A stretch of 36,912 bases of DNA. It comes from Gemmatimonadota bacterium (GTDB lineage Bacteria; Gemmatimonadota; Gemmatimonadetes; JACCXV01; JAHWKZ01). The notes beneath the pieces are model-generated. The model was given only the letters and a program-made list of their open reading frames with translations, was not told the DNA's origin and did not search any database. Positions 27,026 to 35,552 of this stretch are shown here, piece after piece. Numbering within the stretch: the first letter of the stretch is position 1; every line of letters begins with the position of its first letter. The stretch is from the NCBI GenBank assembly GCA_035698825.1, contig DASSBK010000194.1:1-36912 (forward strand), given 5' to 3'. The position numbers and the translations under genes were made by a program.

Positions 27026-27868
27026 CTAGGGCTGAGCGATGTGGCGGAGAAAGCGCGGAGCCGCGACGACCTTGCCGCGGCGATCGGAGGGGATCCTGTC
27101 GGCTGCGTCCTCGAGCGCGTCCAGGCGGTCGTCCGGGTCCGGATGGGTCTTCTCGAGCAGCGACAGCGACGCGTCGTCGGAGTGCTCCTCGAGCCGGGCG
27201 ATGAACCGCTGGATCCCTCCCGGATCGTAGCCCGTGTCGGAGGCCATGCGCATGCCGATCGTGTCGGCCTCGATCTCGTCCTCCCGGCCGAGCCCCAGGA
27301 ACAGGACGTTCGCACCCACGCCGATCGCCTGCTCGAGGTACTGCTCGCCGGTGATGTCGACCCGTTCGGCCGCCTCGCTGATGCCGAACTCGGTCCGCGC
27401 CCGATCCTGGATCTCCTCGATCACGTGCCGCTGGTTGACGTGGACGACCTCGTGCGCGAGGACGCCCGCCAGCATCGACTCGTCTTCCATCAGTGCCAGC
27501 GCGCCGCGGGTGACGAACACGTAGCCGCCCGGCGCGGCGAAAGCGTTGACCTCGTCGCTGTCGAGGACCGCGAACCGGTAGACGATGTCGGGGCGCGGAT
27601 CGGCCGACGCGACCGCGTTGCCGACGAGGTTGACGTATTCGGTCAGCGCGGGATCGCGGGAGATCGTGTAGTGGCCCGCCACGGTCGCGGCGACGCCGCG
27701 GCCGATGTCGATCTCCTGCGCGGTCGAGATCGGAACCACCGCCGCGCCCACCTTCTCGGCCGTGTCCATCACCTGTCCGGCCCTCTCCGTCACCTCGCGC
27801 CAGATCTGGGCCTGCGACGGGGCCGCGGCGGCGAGCAGGAGGATCGCGGCGGACAAGAACCGGATCAT
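27026..27868 (-). CDS. Periplasmic M48-family Zn-metalloprotease
   Basis: The ATG at 27868 overlaps the upstream stop (ATGA). The signal peptide is MIRFLSAAILLLAAAAPSQAQ. The HExxH motif is LAHEVVHVNQRH. EADTIGM and THPDPDDRL are also present. Confidence 0.9.
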   Translation of the reverse strand: MIRFLSAAILLLAAAAPSQAQIWREVTERAGQVMDTAEKVGAAVVPISTAQEIDIGRGVAATVAGHYTISRDPALTEYVNLVGNAVASADPRPDIVYRFAVLDSDEVNAFAAPGGYVFVTRGALALMEDESMLAGVLAHEVVHVNQRHVIEEIQDRARTEFGISEAAERVDITGEQYLEQAIGVGANVLFLGLGREDEIEADTIGMRMASDTGYDPGGIQRFIARLEEHSDDASLSLLEKTHPDPDDRLDALEDAADRIPSDRRGKVVAAPRFLRHIAQP

Positions 27869-28650
27869 GCGCCGGCCTCCTCGGGAAGGGCGTCGTACGG
27901 CGACAGCCGGCCTTCGAGCCGGAACCGTTCGAGCGCTGCGGGGCTCACCCGCTGGTCTTCCATCCACTCCACCGCCGCGGGATCGGGGGTGACCGACACC
28001 GTTCCCTCGGCGGTCTCGACCTGATCGACGCCGCGAGCTCCCGCCGCGGCCGTCACGTTAGGATCCCGACCCGGGCTGAACTGGGCCAGGCCCTCGCGCA
28101 CGAGGCCGCTTCCCCCCTGAGGGAGCCGCAGCGCGAAGGCCTTCTCCTCGTCGAAATCGGTGGGCTCCGAAGCGCGCAGGACGACCGCCGCTACGCCGCC
28201 GTTCGCCGCGTCGACGGTCCGGTACGCGGGCGTTTCGCCCGGCGGTCCGGCGAGCACGAGCGCGAGCCAGGCGTCCGATGCCCTGGCGCTCTCCGCGAGC
28301 GGGGTCGCGCCGACCTTGGTGACCAGCCAGTATCCATCGCCGTCCGACACGATGACCACGGGCTCCTCGAGCGCGTCGCCGCGCGCGGCGCGCAGCTCGA
28401 GGCGCTCCCGGTCGCCGTCCTGGTAGGCCCAGACCCGGCCGCCGAACTTCGAGACCTGCGCCGCGTCCGCGGCCGCCGTCCCGCTCTCGGGAACGAGCCA
28501 TGTCTCCTGCCACGCGTGCTTGCCGCGCGGCATCGCCTCCCGTCGGGCGTCGAGCGCCGCCTGCAGAGCCTGGGCGAGGGAGGGAACCGGGAAGGCGGCC
28601 GCGATCGCGAAGGCGAGGGTCGCCCCTCCCGCGAGTCGTCGCATCCTCAT
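27865..28650 (-). CDS. Secreted hypothetical protein (261 aa)
   Basis: The ATG at 28650 overlaps the upstream stop (ATGA), and its own stop overlaps the M48 start. The signal peptide is MRMRRLAGGATLAFAIAAAFPVPSLAQA. I recognise no family with confidence. Confidence 0.7.
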   Translation of the reverse strand: MRMRRLAGGATLAFAIAAAFPVPSLAQALQAALDARREAMPRGKHAWQETWLVPESGTAAADAAQVSKFGGRVWAYQDGDRERLELRAARGDALEEPVVIVSDGDGYWLVTKVGATPLAESARASDAWLALVLAGPPGETPAYRTVDAANGGVAAVVLRASEPTDFDEEKAFALRLPQGGSGLVREGLAQFSPGRDPNVTAAAGARGVDQVETAEGTVSVTPDPAAVEWMEDQRVSPAALERFRLEGRLSPYDALPEEAGA

Positions 28651-30233
28651 GGCCGGGCTCCCGCGCGGAAGCCGAAGAACTCCCAGATGCGCGACAGGAT
28701 CTGGCCCTTCTCGATGTCGCCGCCTTGGCTCGCCGCCTCGTGCAGGGCGGCCAGCGTCGCGTCCCGTTGCTCCCGGCGGGTCGAGAGAAGCTCGGAGATC
28801 TGCTCGGCGATCTGCGGGTTCTGGAGCAGGGTCTTGCGGAACGCCTCGCGATCGATGACCACGAACTGCGTGGGCAGGGTCGCCGTCACGGTGGCGGTCC
28901 TCTCGGCTCCTGTCATCAGCGCCATCTCTCCGATGATAGTGGATGGTCCCAATTCGGCCAGCTTTTCGCTCCTGCCGTCGGCGCTCACCGCGACGGTCAC
29001 GCTCCCCTCGTCGATGATGTACAGGGAATCTCCGGGCTGTCCCTGGCGCATGACGACCTCCCCCGTGAAATAGCGCTCGACGCGCGCTCGCGACGCCAGC
29101 GAGCGCGTCTCCTGATCGGTCAGCGGGTCGAACAGGGGAACCTCGCGAAGCTGTTCGAATATGCGGTCCTCGGCCGCGCGGGCTGCCGCCTTCTCCGTCT
29201 CCTCCGTGATCGTGCGCAGATAGAGGTGGCGGATGGGGTACGGGATCTCGATGCCGTGCCGGTTGAACGAGTACCAGATGCGCGTCATGAAGGCGTTCTT
29301 GATCTCCTCGAGCTCTGCGTAGTCCTTGATCCAGTACTTGACCTCGTAGATGATCGCGAAGTCCTGGAAGTGTTTCGTGCGCACGTGAACCCGGGGCATC
29401 TTGAGGATCGTCGTGGTCTGGTCCGCGGCCTCTTCGATCGCCCGCCTGACGTCGGCGGGCGGATGGCGATAGTGGACGCCCATCTCCGCCAGAACCGCGT
29501 GGACGCGTGTGGGAGCGCTGTAGTTCACCACCACGTCCTTGGAGATGAGCGAGTTGGGAATGATCACCAGGTCGTTGGCGCGCGTCCGCAGGATCGTGGC
29601 CCGCCACGAGATGTCCGTGATCACTCCCTCCATCTCTCCGAACCTGACCCAGTCGCCGACCTTGAACGACCGTTCGGTCTGAAGGGAGAGGCCGCTGAAG
29701 ACGTTGCCGAGCGTGTCCTGGAGCGCGAGGCCGATGATGACGGAGAGCACGGCGGAGGTGGTGAACAGGCCTGCCACGTCGAGATCCGTCTGATAGATCA
29801 GGATCATCATGACGCCGACGAAGAACAGCACCATGATCGTGACGTCCCGCAAGATGTTCGGGATCTCGAACTTGAGCTGGTTCACGAGAAGGAGGTCGAC
29901 GAGCAGGATCGATACGATCAGCAGGAGGGAGAGCAGCCCCACGACGAGCATGAGGATGCTGACGATCTGGAACGATGGATTGACGACGAGGCCGCGGATC
30001 TCCTCGCCGGTGGGCGTCAGAATCGTCCCCGTGATGCGAGGCGGGAGCTCGGCGAGCACGACGCGCAGGATCACGAAGACGAGAAGCAGGCCGACGACGA
30101 GAAGCGCCCGCCGCCGCACGATGTGGTCCTTGCTGAGCCCGCGGATGATCAGCCCGGCGATCGCGAGCATCGCCACGACGGCGTAGAGAAGCCCGGACCC
30201 GGAGTAGAATTGATCGAGCGACAATGGGCTCAT
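28647..30233 (-). CDS. MscS-family mechanosensitive channel with a C-terminal cyclic-nucleotide-binding domain (bCNG-like)
   Basis: The ATG at 30233 gives MSPLSLDQ. Several TM helices are followed by the MscS core (GLALQDTLGNVFSGLSLQTERSFKVGDWV...VIIPNS). The cNMP-binding domain has a phosphate-binding cassette, IIGEMALMTGAERTATVTA. Confidence 0.9.
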   Translation of the reverse strand: MSPLSLDQFYSGSGLLYAVVAMLAIAGLIIRGLSKDHIVRRRALLVVGLLLVFVILRVVLAELPPRITGTILTPTGEEIRGLVVNPSFQIVSILMLVVGLLSLLLIVSILLVDLLLVNQLKFEIPNILRDVTIMVLFFVGVMMILIYQTDLDVAGLFTTSAVLSVIIGLALQDTLGNVFSGLSLQTERSFKVGDWVRFGEMEGVITDISWRATILRTRANDLVIIPNSLISKDVVVNYSAPTRVHAVLAEMGVHYRHPPADVRRAIEEAADQTTTILKMPRVHVRTKHFQDFAIIYEVKYWIKDYAELEEIKNAFMTRIWYSFNRHGIEIPYPIRHLYLRTITEETEKAAARAAEDRIFEQLREVPLFDPLTDQETRSLASRARVERYFTGEVVMRQGQPGDSLYIIDEGSVTVAVSADGRSEKLAELGPSTIIGEMALMTGAERTATVTATLPTQFVVIDREAFRKTLLQNPQIAEQISELLSTRREQRDATLAALHEAASQGGDIEKGQILSRIWEFFGFRAGARP

Positions 30234-30247
30234 GGACGGGGGGAATC

Positions 30248-32257
30248 TTAGCCGCGGTCCGGACCCTTTTCCAGCGTGTGAACCGCGACCGGACGGCCAC
30301 GTCCTTTGACCTGGACGACCCCGCGGGGGCTGGTGACGAGGTCGGGAGGCAGCTGCGCCGCGGTGTCGGCGGAGACGAGAATGCGGGTACCGAGCTCCTT
30401 GTTCATGCCCTCGAGCCGGCTGGCGAGGTTCACGGAGTCTCCGATCGCGGTGTAGTCCATCCGGCGCTCCTCGTCGCCGATGAATCCGACCACCGCGTCG
30501 CCGGTGTGGATTCCGATGCCGATCTCGAGGGCCGGCCGGCCGGCCGTCTTCCAGCCGGCGTTGAGCTCCTCGAGCCGCGCGAGCATGGCCAGACCCGCGC
30601 GGACGGCGTGCTCGGCGTGCTCGGGATCGGCGAGCGGCGCGCCGAAGAACGCCATGAGGCCGTCGCCGATGTACTTGTCGAGCGTCCCGCGGTGCAGGAA
30701 CACGAGCTCGACCATGGCTGTCAGGTACTCGTTCAGCGTATCGACCACGATCTCGGGAGCGAGGTTCTCCGACAGCGTCGTGAAGCCGCGCACGTCGCTG
30801 AAGAGGATCGTCAGCTCGCGGCGGTCTACCCGCCGGTAGAGGCCGAAACCATCCTCCGCGATCGCTTCGACGACGTCGGGGGGGATGAACTTTCCAAACG
30901 CCTGCTTGATCTCGCGGTTGCGCCGGCCTTCGGTCAGCGAGCGTCCAGCCATGGCGCCCGCGTAGGCGAGCACCGCGCCCGTCACCGGGCCGGCCCAGGG
31001 CAGGATCCAACCGGTCGCCGCGAACGCGCCCACGGCGATCCCCGAGATCAGGACGACGGTCGCGGTGAGCGCCACGCCGCCGCGGCCGATGGAGCGCACG
31101 TGCGCGAAGAGAAGACCCGCGAGAAGCGGGACGAGCAGCACGACCGCCCACGCCGCCGCGGGGGGCAGATCGCGCAGGAAGTCCCGCGACCGGATCGTGT
31201 CGAGCATGGTCGCGTGGAGAAAGACCCCGGGCTCGGTGGCGCTGAAAGGGCCCGCGACGAGGTCGCCGACGCCGGTCGCGCTGGATCCGACCAGTACGAT
31301 GCGGTCGCGGAACACCGCCGGGTCCAGATCGGGTTCGGCGCCCAGGGCGATCTGGCCGTAGGCGTTGAGCACGTCGTGGACGGGGATCACCGGATAGGGG
31401 CGCTCGGAGTAGGACCCGCGCCAGTGGGGCCTCAGGCGGCCGCCGTCGAGCGGGATCGCCCGGCCGTCGAGCGCGAGCGCGCCGTCTCGAGCCGCCAGGC
31501 GCGCGTATCCCGTCGCGCCTTCGAGCTCGGCCGCCAGGGCGAGCGTCGGATACGCGCGCCCGCCGAAGCCCAGCATCAGAGGCTCGCGCCGCTCGACCCC
31601 GTCGGCGTCGGGGAACCGGTTGATCGCCCCTACCCCCGCCGATGCGGCGAGCAGGGGCTCGACCGGCAGGTCGACGGTGCCGTAGGATCGAGCCCAGGCG
31701 GCCGGAGGGTCGATCGGAAGCGCGAAACGCTCGAGAAGCGCGAGCCGCTCTCCGCGGTTCAGCATCGCGCGCTCGAACGCCGACGCCGCGGCGGAATCCG
31801 CTCCGGGCTCGTCGAAGACGACGGCCGAGACCGTCGGCGGCCCCGAGGCGAGGGCAGCGGCGAAGGCCGAGTCGGCCTCCGGCCGCGCGATATCCGGCTC
31901 GCCGAACAGGACGTCGAAGCCCACCACCCGCGGCTCCCCCAGTTCCAGGAGCTCGATCAGCGCGGCGTGCGCGTTTCGGGGCCACGGCCAGCGGCCGAGC
32001 TCGTCCTGGTAGAGACGCAGGGAGCGGTTGTCGATGTCGACGATGAGGATCGACGAGTCGGCGACGGCCGGCCCGGTTAGCGCTCGCTCGGCACGAAAGC
32101 GGAGGTCCTCGGTGCGGGCCTCGACGGAGCGGAAGGCGTCGGACAGCGCGGCCAGCCCCACGAGACAGGCGGCGAACCCTCCCGCCGCGAGGCCGACGAG
32201 GAGTCGTTCCGCGCTTCGCGACGGAGGACTCGAGCGACGCGGCCCCGGGCTCGTCAT
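30248..32257 (-). CDS. CHASE2 sensor-domain class III adenylate/guanylate cyclase
   Basis: The ATG at 32257 overlaps the upstream stop (ATGA). An N-terminal TM is followed by a ~300-aa extracytoplasmic region ([11 protein letters not shown]...WPWPR) and three TM helices. Cyclase motifs: [28 protein letters not shown] and [12 protein letters not shown]. Confidence 0.92.
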   Translation of the reverse strand: MTSPGPRRSSPPSRSAERLLVGLAAGGFAACLVGLAALSDAFRSVEARTEDLRFRAERALTGPAVADSSILIVDIDNRSLRLYQDELGRWPWPRNAHAALIELLELGEPRVVGFDVLFGEPDIARPEADSAFAAALASGPPTVSAVVFDEPGADSAAASAFERAMLNRGERLALLERFALPIDPPAAWARSYGTVDLPVEPLLAASAGVGAINRFPDADGVERREPLMLGFGGRAYPTLALAAELEGATGYARLAARDGALALDGRAIPLDGGRLRPHWRGSYSERPYPVIPVHDVLNAYGQIALGAEPDLDPAVFRDRIVLVGSSATGVGDLVAGPFSATEPGVFLHATMLDTIRSRDFLRDLPPAAAWAVVLLVPLLAGLLFAHVRSIGRGGVALTATVVLISGIAVGAFAATGWILPWAGPVTGAVLAYAGAMAGRSLTEGRRNREIKQAFGKFIPPDVVEAIAEDGFGLYRRVDRRELTILFSDVRGFTTLSENLAPEIVVDTLNEYLTAMVELVFLHRGTLDKYIGDGLMAFFGAPLADPEHAEHAVRAGLAMLARLEELNAGWKTAGRPALEIGIGIHTGDAVVGFIGDEERRMDYTAIGDSVNLASRLEGMNKELGTRILVSADTAAQLPPDLVTSPRGVVQVKGRGRPVAVHTLEKGPDRG

Positions 32258-32568
32258 CCGCTGGTCACGTCCGTGAACGCGTTGTGATCGTCGATGATGC
32301 CCCGAAGCGCGGCCTTGCACTGGTCTGCCGCGGCGTACTGGTTCGCCGCGTGCCCGGTGCGGAGATCGCTACCCGTGATCGTGCCGGCCACCTCGAGCGA
32401 CCAGTCGACGCGCTCACCGGTGCGCTCCAGATGCGCGGACCACTCCAGCGAGCCGGCACGACCGGCGGCCGCCCATTCGCGAGGCACGAGCGAGTCGCCC
32501 ACGACCTCGAAGCGGACGCGTGGATAGCCGACCGCCCGCCGGCCTCTTCTGCGCCGCCACCATCTCAC
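32254..32568 (-). CDS. Small hypothetical protein (up to 104 aa) translationally coupled to the cyclase
   Basis: Its stop overlaps the cyclase ATG. GC3 is high throughout. No signal peptide and no family recognised. The start is uncertain: GTG at 32568 gives an Arg-rich N-terminus, and in-frame GTGs at 32502 and 32487 are alternatives. Confidence 0.45.
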   Translation of the reverse strand: MRWWRRRRGRRAVGYPRVRFEVVGDSLVPREWAAAGRAGSLEWSAHLERTGERVDWSLEVAGTITGSDLRTGHAANQYAAADQCKAALRGIIDDHNAFTDVTSG

Positions 32569-32748
32569 GTGGCGGGCGCATCCTCGTCGACGAGTCGCAT
32601 CGGGGAACCAACCTAGAGGCGGAGGAGTCCGCGGGCTAACCTAGACATCGGTCAGAGTGTGCATTACCGTCGCGACGTGGCCGACGTCCGCGCCGCGTTC
32701 GCCGGCCGCCTCGTCGACAGGAGACTCTACGGGAACGGAGGGGAATCG

Positions 32749-33042
32749 ATGACGAAGGAAGAGTTCGCGGAGAAGCTGGCTGGCAAGATCGATATTCCGA
32801 AGTCGAAGGCGCACGAGGCGATCGACGCGATCTTCTCGACCGAGCCGGGCCAGGGGATCATCGCCGTCGAGCTTGACGCGGGCCGGGACTTCACGGTCAC
32901 CGGTTTCGGTACGTTCCACACGCGGCAGCGCGCGTCGCGCCAGGGTCGCAACCCCAAGACCGGCGAGTCGCTTACGATTCCGGCCATGAAGCTGGCCGCG
33001 TTTCGCGCGGGCAAGGGGTTGAAGGAGCGGGTCCGGCGCTAG
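32749..33042 (+). CDS. HU/IHF-family nucleoid-associated DNA-binding protein
   Basis: ggagggg lies 6 nt upstream of the ATG at 32749. Motifs: MTKEEFAEKLA...FGTFHTRQRASRQGRNPKTGESLTIPAMKLAAFRAGKGLK. The protein has a longer-than-usual insert before the beta-arm. Confidence 0.9.
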   Translation: MTKEEFAEKLAGKIDIPKSKAHEAIDAIFSTEPGQGIIAVELDAGRDFTVTGFGTFHTRQRASRQGRNPKTGESLTIPAMKLAAFRAGKGLKERVRR

Positions 33043-33174
33043 CGATCGCCGAGCGCCGCCACCACGGGCAGAGTAGGCAAGGGGTATCCCCGGCTGCCGA
33101 AATCGATTATGCTCGAACGACGAGGTGCCCTTCCCGGCCGCGGGTCTTCCGCACCTCCCAGAAGGTCGTGCCGC

Positions 33175-34434
33175 TTGATCCTCCCGCGGATTCGCAGTCT
33201 GCTCGCCGTAGCCTTGGTGGCCGCCTGTGGCGGCGGCGTCACGGGTCCCGCCGATCTGGCCCCCGTTCCCCAGATCGCGATCCGGCCGGCCGCCGACGGC
33301 GGCGTCATCGCCCCCGAGCCGGTACCGATCGATTCTGACGCGGATGGGGTCCTCGACGGCCAGGACAACTGCACCTACACCCCGAACGCCGATCAGGCCG
33401 ATGACGATGCGGACGGCATCGGGGACGCGTGCACGGGCGACCTCGACGGCGACGGCGCGCCCGACACCGAAGACAATTGCGTGGATTTCCCGAATCCGGA
33501 CCAGGCCGATTCCGACGGCGACGGAATCGGAGATGCCTGCGGAGAGACGGTTGTAGACGAGGACGCCGACGACGACGGGATCCTCGACGTCGAGGACAAC
33601 TGTCCCTTCACGCCCAACCCCGACCAGGGCGACTCCGACGGCGACGGCGTAGGGGACGCCTGCGCCGGTGAAGGAGGGGGAGGCGGCGGCGGCTGTGTGC
33701 TGCCCGATGGAACCGTGCCGCCCGACGACGGGAGCGCCGAGCCCGAAACGTGTCCAGAAGACGATTCGGACGGAGACGGAGTTCCGGACGCGGAGGACAA
33801 CTGCCCCTTCGCCTTCAACCCCGACCAAGAGGATGCGGACGCCGACGGAGCCGGGGACGTCTGTGACGGCGACGGAGAAGATGGCGGCTGCGTGCGTGCC
33901 GATGGAACCGTGCCGCCCGACGACGGCAGCACGGAGCCCGGGTCGTGCCCCGTGGAGGACTCAGACGGCGATGGGGTAGCCGACGCCGACGACAACTGCG
34001 CGTTCGTGCCCAACCCCGATCAGGCCGATTCCGACGGGGACGGCGCCGGCGACGCGTGCGCCGGGGACGTGGGAGGTGGGGAGGATCCCGGGCCCCCTGA
34101 AACGGGCGACCTGGATGCAGACGGAGTGGCCGACGGTCAGGACAACTGCACCTGGAGGACCAACCCGGATCAGGTCGACGACGATGGGGACGGCATGGGC
34201 GACGCCTGCGATTTCGTCGTGGGCCCAGGCTGGAACGAAGCCCAGAACGGCGCCGTCAGCACCGATCGGGACATCGACGGGCGGATCGACGCGGAAGACA
34301 ACTGTCCCGCGGTACCCAACCGCTTCCAGCTGGACCGGGACCGGGACGGCTTGGGCGACGCCTGCGATCCCTCCAGTCCTCTAAGTCGGCTGATCGACGG
34401 ATTCTTCTCCTGGTGGCGGAACCGTCAGCCCTGA
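33175..34434 (+). CDS. Thrombospondin type 3 (TSP3) repeat calcium-binding lipoprotein
   Basis: The TTG at 33175, with agaagg 9 nt upstream, gives (M)ILPRIRSLLAVALVAAC, a lipobox. The ATG at 33109 is an alternative, but the extension has only ~59% GC3. Seven units of DxDxDGxxDxxDNCxxxxNxxQxDxDxDGxGDxC are present. Confidence 0.88.
   Translation: MILPRIRSLLAVALVAACGGGVTGPADLAPVPQIAIRPAADGGVIAPEPVPIDSDADGVLDGQDNCTYTPNADQADDDADGIGDACTGDLDGDGAPDTEDNCVDFPNPDQADSDGDGIGDACGETVVDEDADDDGILDVEDNCPFTPNPDQGDSDGDGVGDACAGEGGGGGGGCVLPDGTVPPDDGSAEPETCPEDDSDGDGVPDAEDNCPFAFNPDQEDADADGAGDVCDGDGEDGGCVRADGTVPPDDGSTEPGSCPVEDSDGDGVADADDNCAFVPNPDQADSDGDGAGDACAGDVGGGEDPGPPETGDLDADGVADGQDNCTWRTNPDQVDDDGDGMGDACDFVVGPGWNEAQNGAVSTDRDIDGRIDAEDNCPAVPNRFQLDRDRDGLGDACDPSSPLSRLIDGFFSWWRNRQP
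33688..34077 (+). repeat. Internal tandem duplication, 2 x 195 nt (65 aa), inside the TSP3 gene
   Basis: The units are 33688-33882 and 33883-34077 (GGCVxxDGTVPPDDGSxEPxxCPxEDSDGDGVxDAxDNCxFxxNPDQxDxDxDGAGDxC). An exact 26-mer, gatggaaccgtgccgcccgacgacgg, occurs at 33706 and 33901. Confidence 0.85.
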
Positions 34435-34455
34435 CGGCTCCCCCGATCGATCGCG

Positions 34456-35229
34456 TCAACCGCCCCGGATCTCCGTCAGCTTTTGCCTCGCGTTTTCGTT
34501 TTCCGGGTCCAGCGCGAGCGACTTCTCGTAGGCCTCGACGGATCGGACCGAGTCCCCCACCGCCAGATACCCCTCGCCGAGACTGTCCCACGCGTTGCCG
34601 GAATCGGGGAACTGTTCGGCGTTGAGCTGGAAGATCGCGACGGCGTCCGCTGCCTTGCCCTGCTCGAGCAGGCCGTAGCCGAACATGTTCAGCACGTTCT
34701 CGCCGAAATCGAACGCGCCTCGGCCGTAGAACTGCTCGCGGAGCTCGCGGTAGGCGGCGACGGTGGCGTCGATCCCCTCGGCTGCGTGGATCTCGCCCAG
34801 CTCCTCGTCGAGGGTCGTGGGCCGCGGCCGTCCGCGGTGGCAGGTGTGGCACCACATGTTCACGGGCTTGGGACCGCTGGCGTCGATCGTGCCCAGCGTG
34901 TCGTTGATCACGCCGAGCATGCGGTACATCGTGCGCGCGATGCTCTTCTGGGGGATGCTGTCCGAAACGAAATCGTACGTCGTGAGCGGCTGGCCTTCCT
35001 CCCCGACGTGACAGTACGAGCACCGGACGCCGAGCGCGCGGGTGAACCCGATCATGATCGGCCGCAGGCGCTCGGGCGGCGTGTCCTCGGGCAGGACCTG
35101 CAGGTTCTCGCCGCGCTCGGGCCACTGCCACTGCTGGGCCCACCCCGTCGACGGCGCGACGATCGCCGGCGCGGCCAAGAACGCGAGCCCCGCGATCGCG
35201 GCTCTAAAGGCACTGCGAGATTTCTTCAA
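34456..35229 (-). CDS. Secreted diheme c-type cytochrome (photosynthetic-reaction-centre cytochrome-c-like domain) fused to C-terminal TPR repeats
   Basis: The TTG at 35229 is preceded by aggagg with a 7-nt spacer. The signal peptide is (M)KKSRSAFRAAIAGLAFLAAPAIVA. Two CxxCH motifs are present (CSYCH, CHTCH) in the context ARTMYRMLGVIN...CHTCHRGRPRP. The TPR-like tail reads AWDSLGEGYLAVGDSVRSVEAYEKSLALDPEN. Confidence 0.8.
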   Translation of the reverse strand: MKKSRSAFRAAIAGLAFLAAPAIVAPSTGWAQQWQWPERGENLQVLPEDTPPERLRPIMIGFTRALGVRCSYCHVGEEGQPLTTYDFVSDSIPQKSIARTMYRMLGVINDTLGTIDASGPKPVNMWCHTCHRGRPRPTTLDEELGEIHAAEGIDATVAAYRELREQFYGRGAFDFGENVLNMFGYGLLEQGKAADAVAIFQLNAEQFPDSGNAWDSLGEGYLAVGDSVRSVEAYEKSLALDPENENARQKLTEIRGG

Positions 35230-35552
35230 GCTCCGGCCTCCTGTTCGATTCGAGTGCCGATACGGTGCCACATCCCGGTCCGCGCTGGGGACCGGCCGCT
35301 GTCCCGATGAAGGGTGCTCTCGGCGAGCCGTTCGGGGCAACCCGCCCGCGGGGACCGGCGAGCGACGTGGTGCGAGCGGCGACACCGGCGCGGCCGTCGT
35401 TACGCCGAGTCGCGTGACGTTTGGCTCCGCCGGCCGCCCGACCTATGTTGGACGGGCCGCGAGGAGGAACCGGCGGCGGGGAGGCGACGGAACGAGCTTT
35501 GCTTTCTCTGCCGGCGGATCTTCCTGAACGGCATTCCGAGGGGAGGCAGCGA

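Noticed and set aside
27865-31985. 811-aa and 1112-aa track ORFs read as single giant proteins
   Set aside because: Their N-terminal halves are Arg/Gly/Pro-rich read-through over the upstream genes in other frames. Internal ATGs at 28650 and 30233 give clean signal-peptide or TM N-termini and fall exactly on ATGA overlaps with the upstream stops.
28647-32257. Cyclase plus cNMP-binding membrane effector as a Pycsar/CBASS-like antiphage system
   Set aside because: The cyclase is a large CHASE2 membrane sensor with K/D residues (by my alignment) that indicate purine specificity. The effector is a full MscS channel, and the flanking genes are envelope housekeeping types with no mobile-element or defence-island context. 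I cannot fully exclude it without product identification.
33300-34380. Periodic repeats in the TSP3 gene, and other tandem repeats, as a CRISPR array
   Set aside because: The repeats are in-frame protein repeats with variable nucleotide sequence. There is no repeat-spacer architecture and no cas genes.
35230-35552. Cobalamin riboswitch upstream of the B12-binding radical SAM gene
   Set aside because: I could not find the conserved B12-box (AGYCMGGAGACCKGCC-like) or the GCCACTG element. Only a generic 7-bp hairpin (35275-35295) is present. A covariance-model scan (Rfam RF00174) would settle it.
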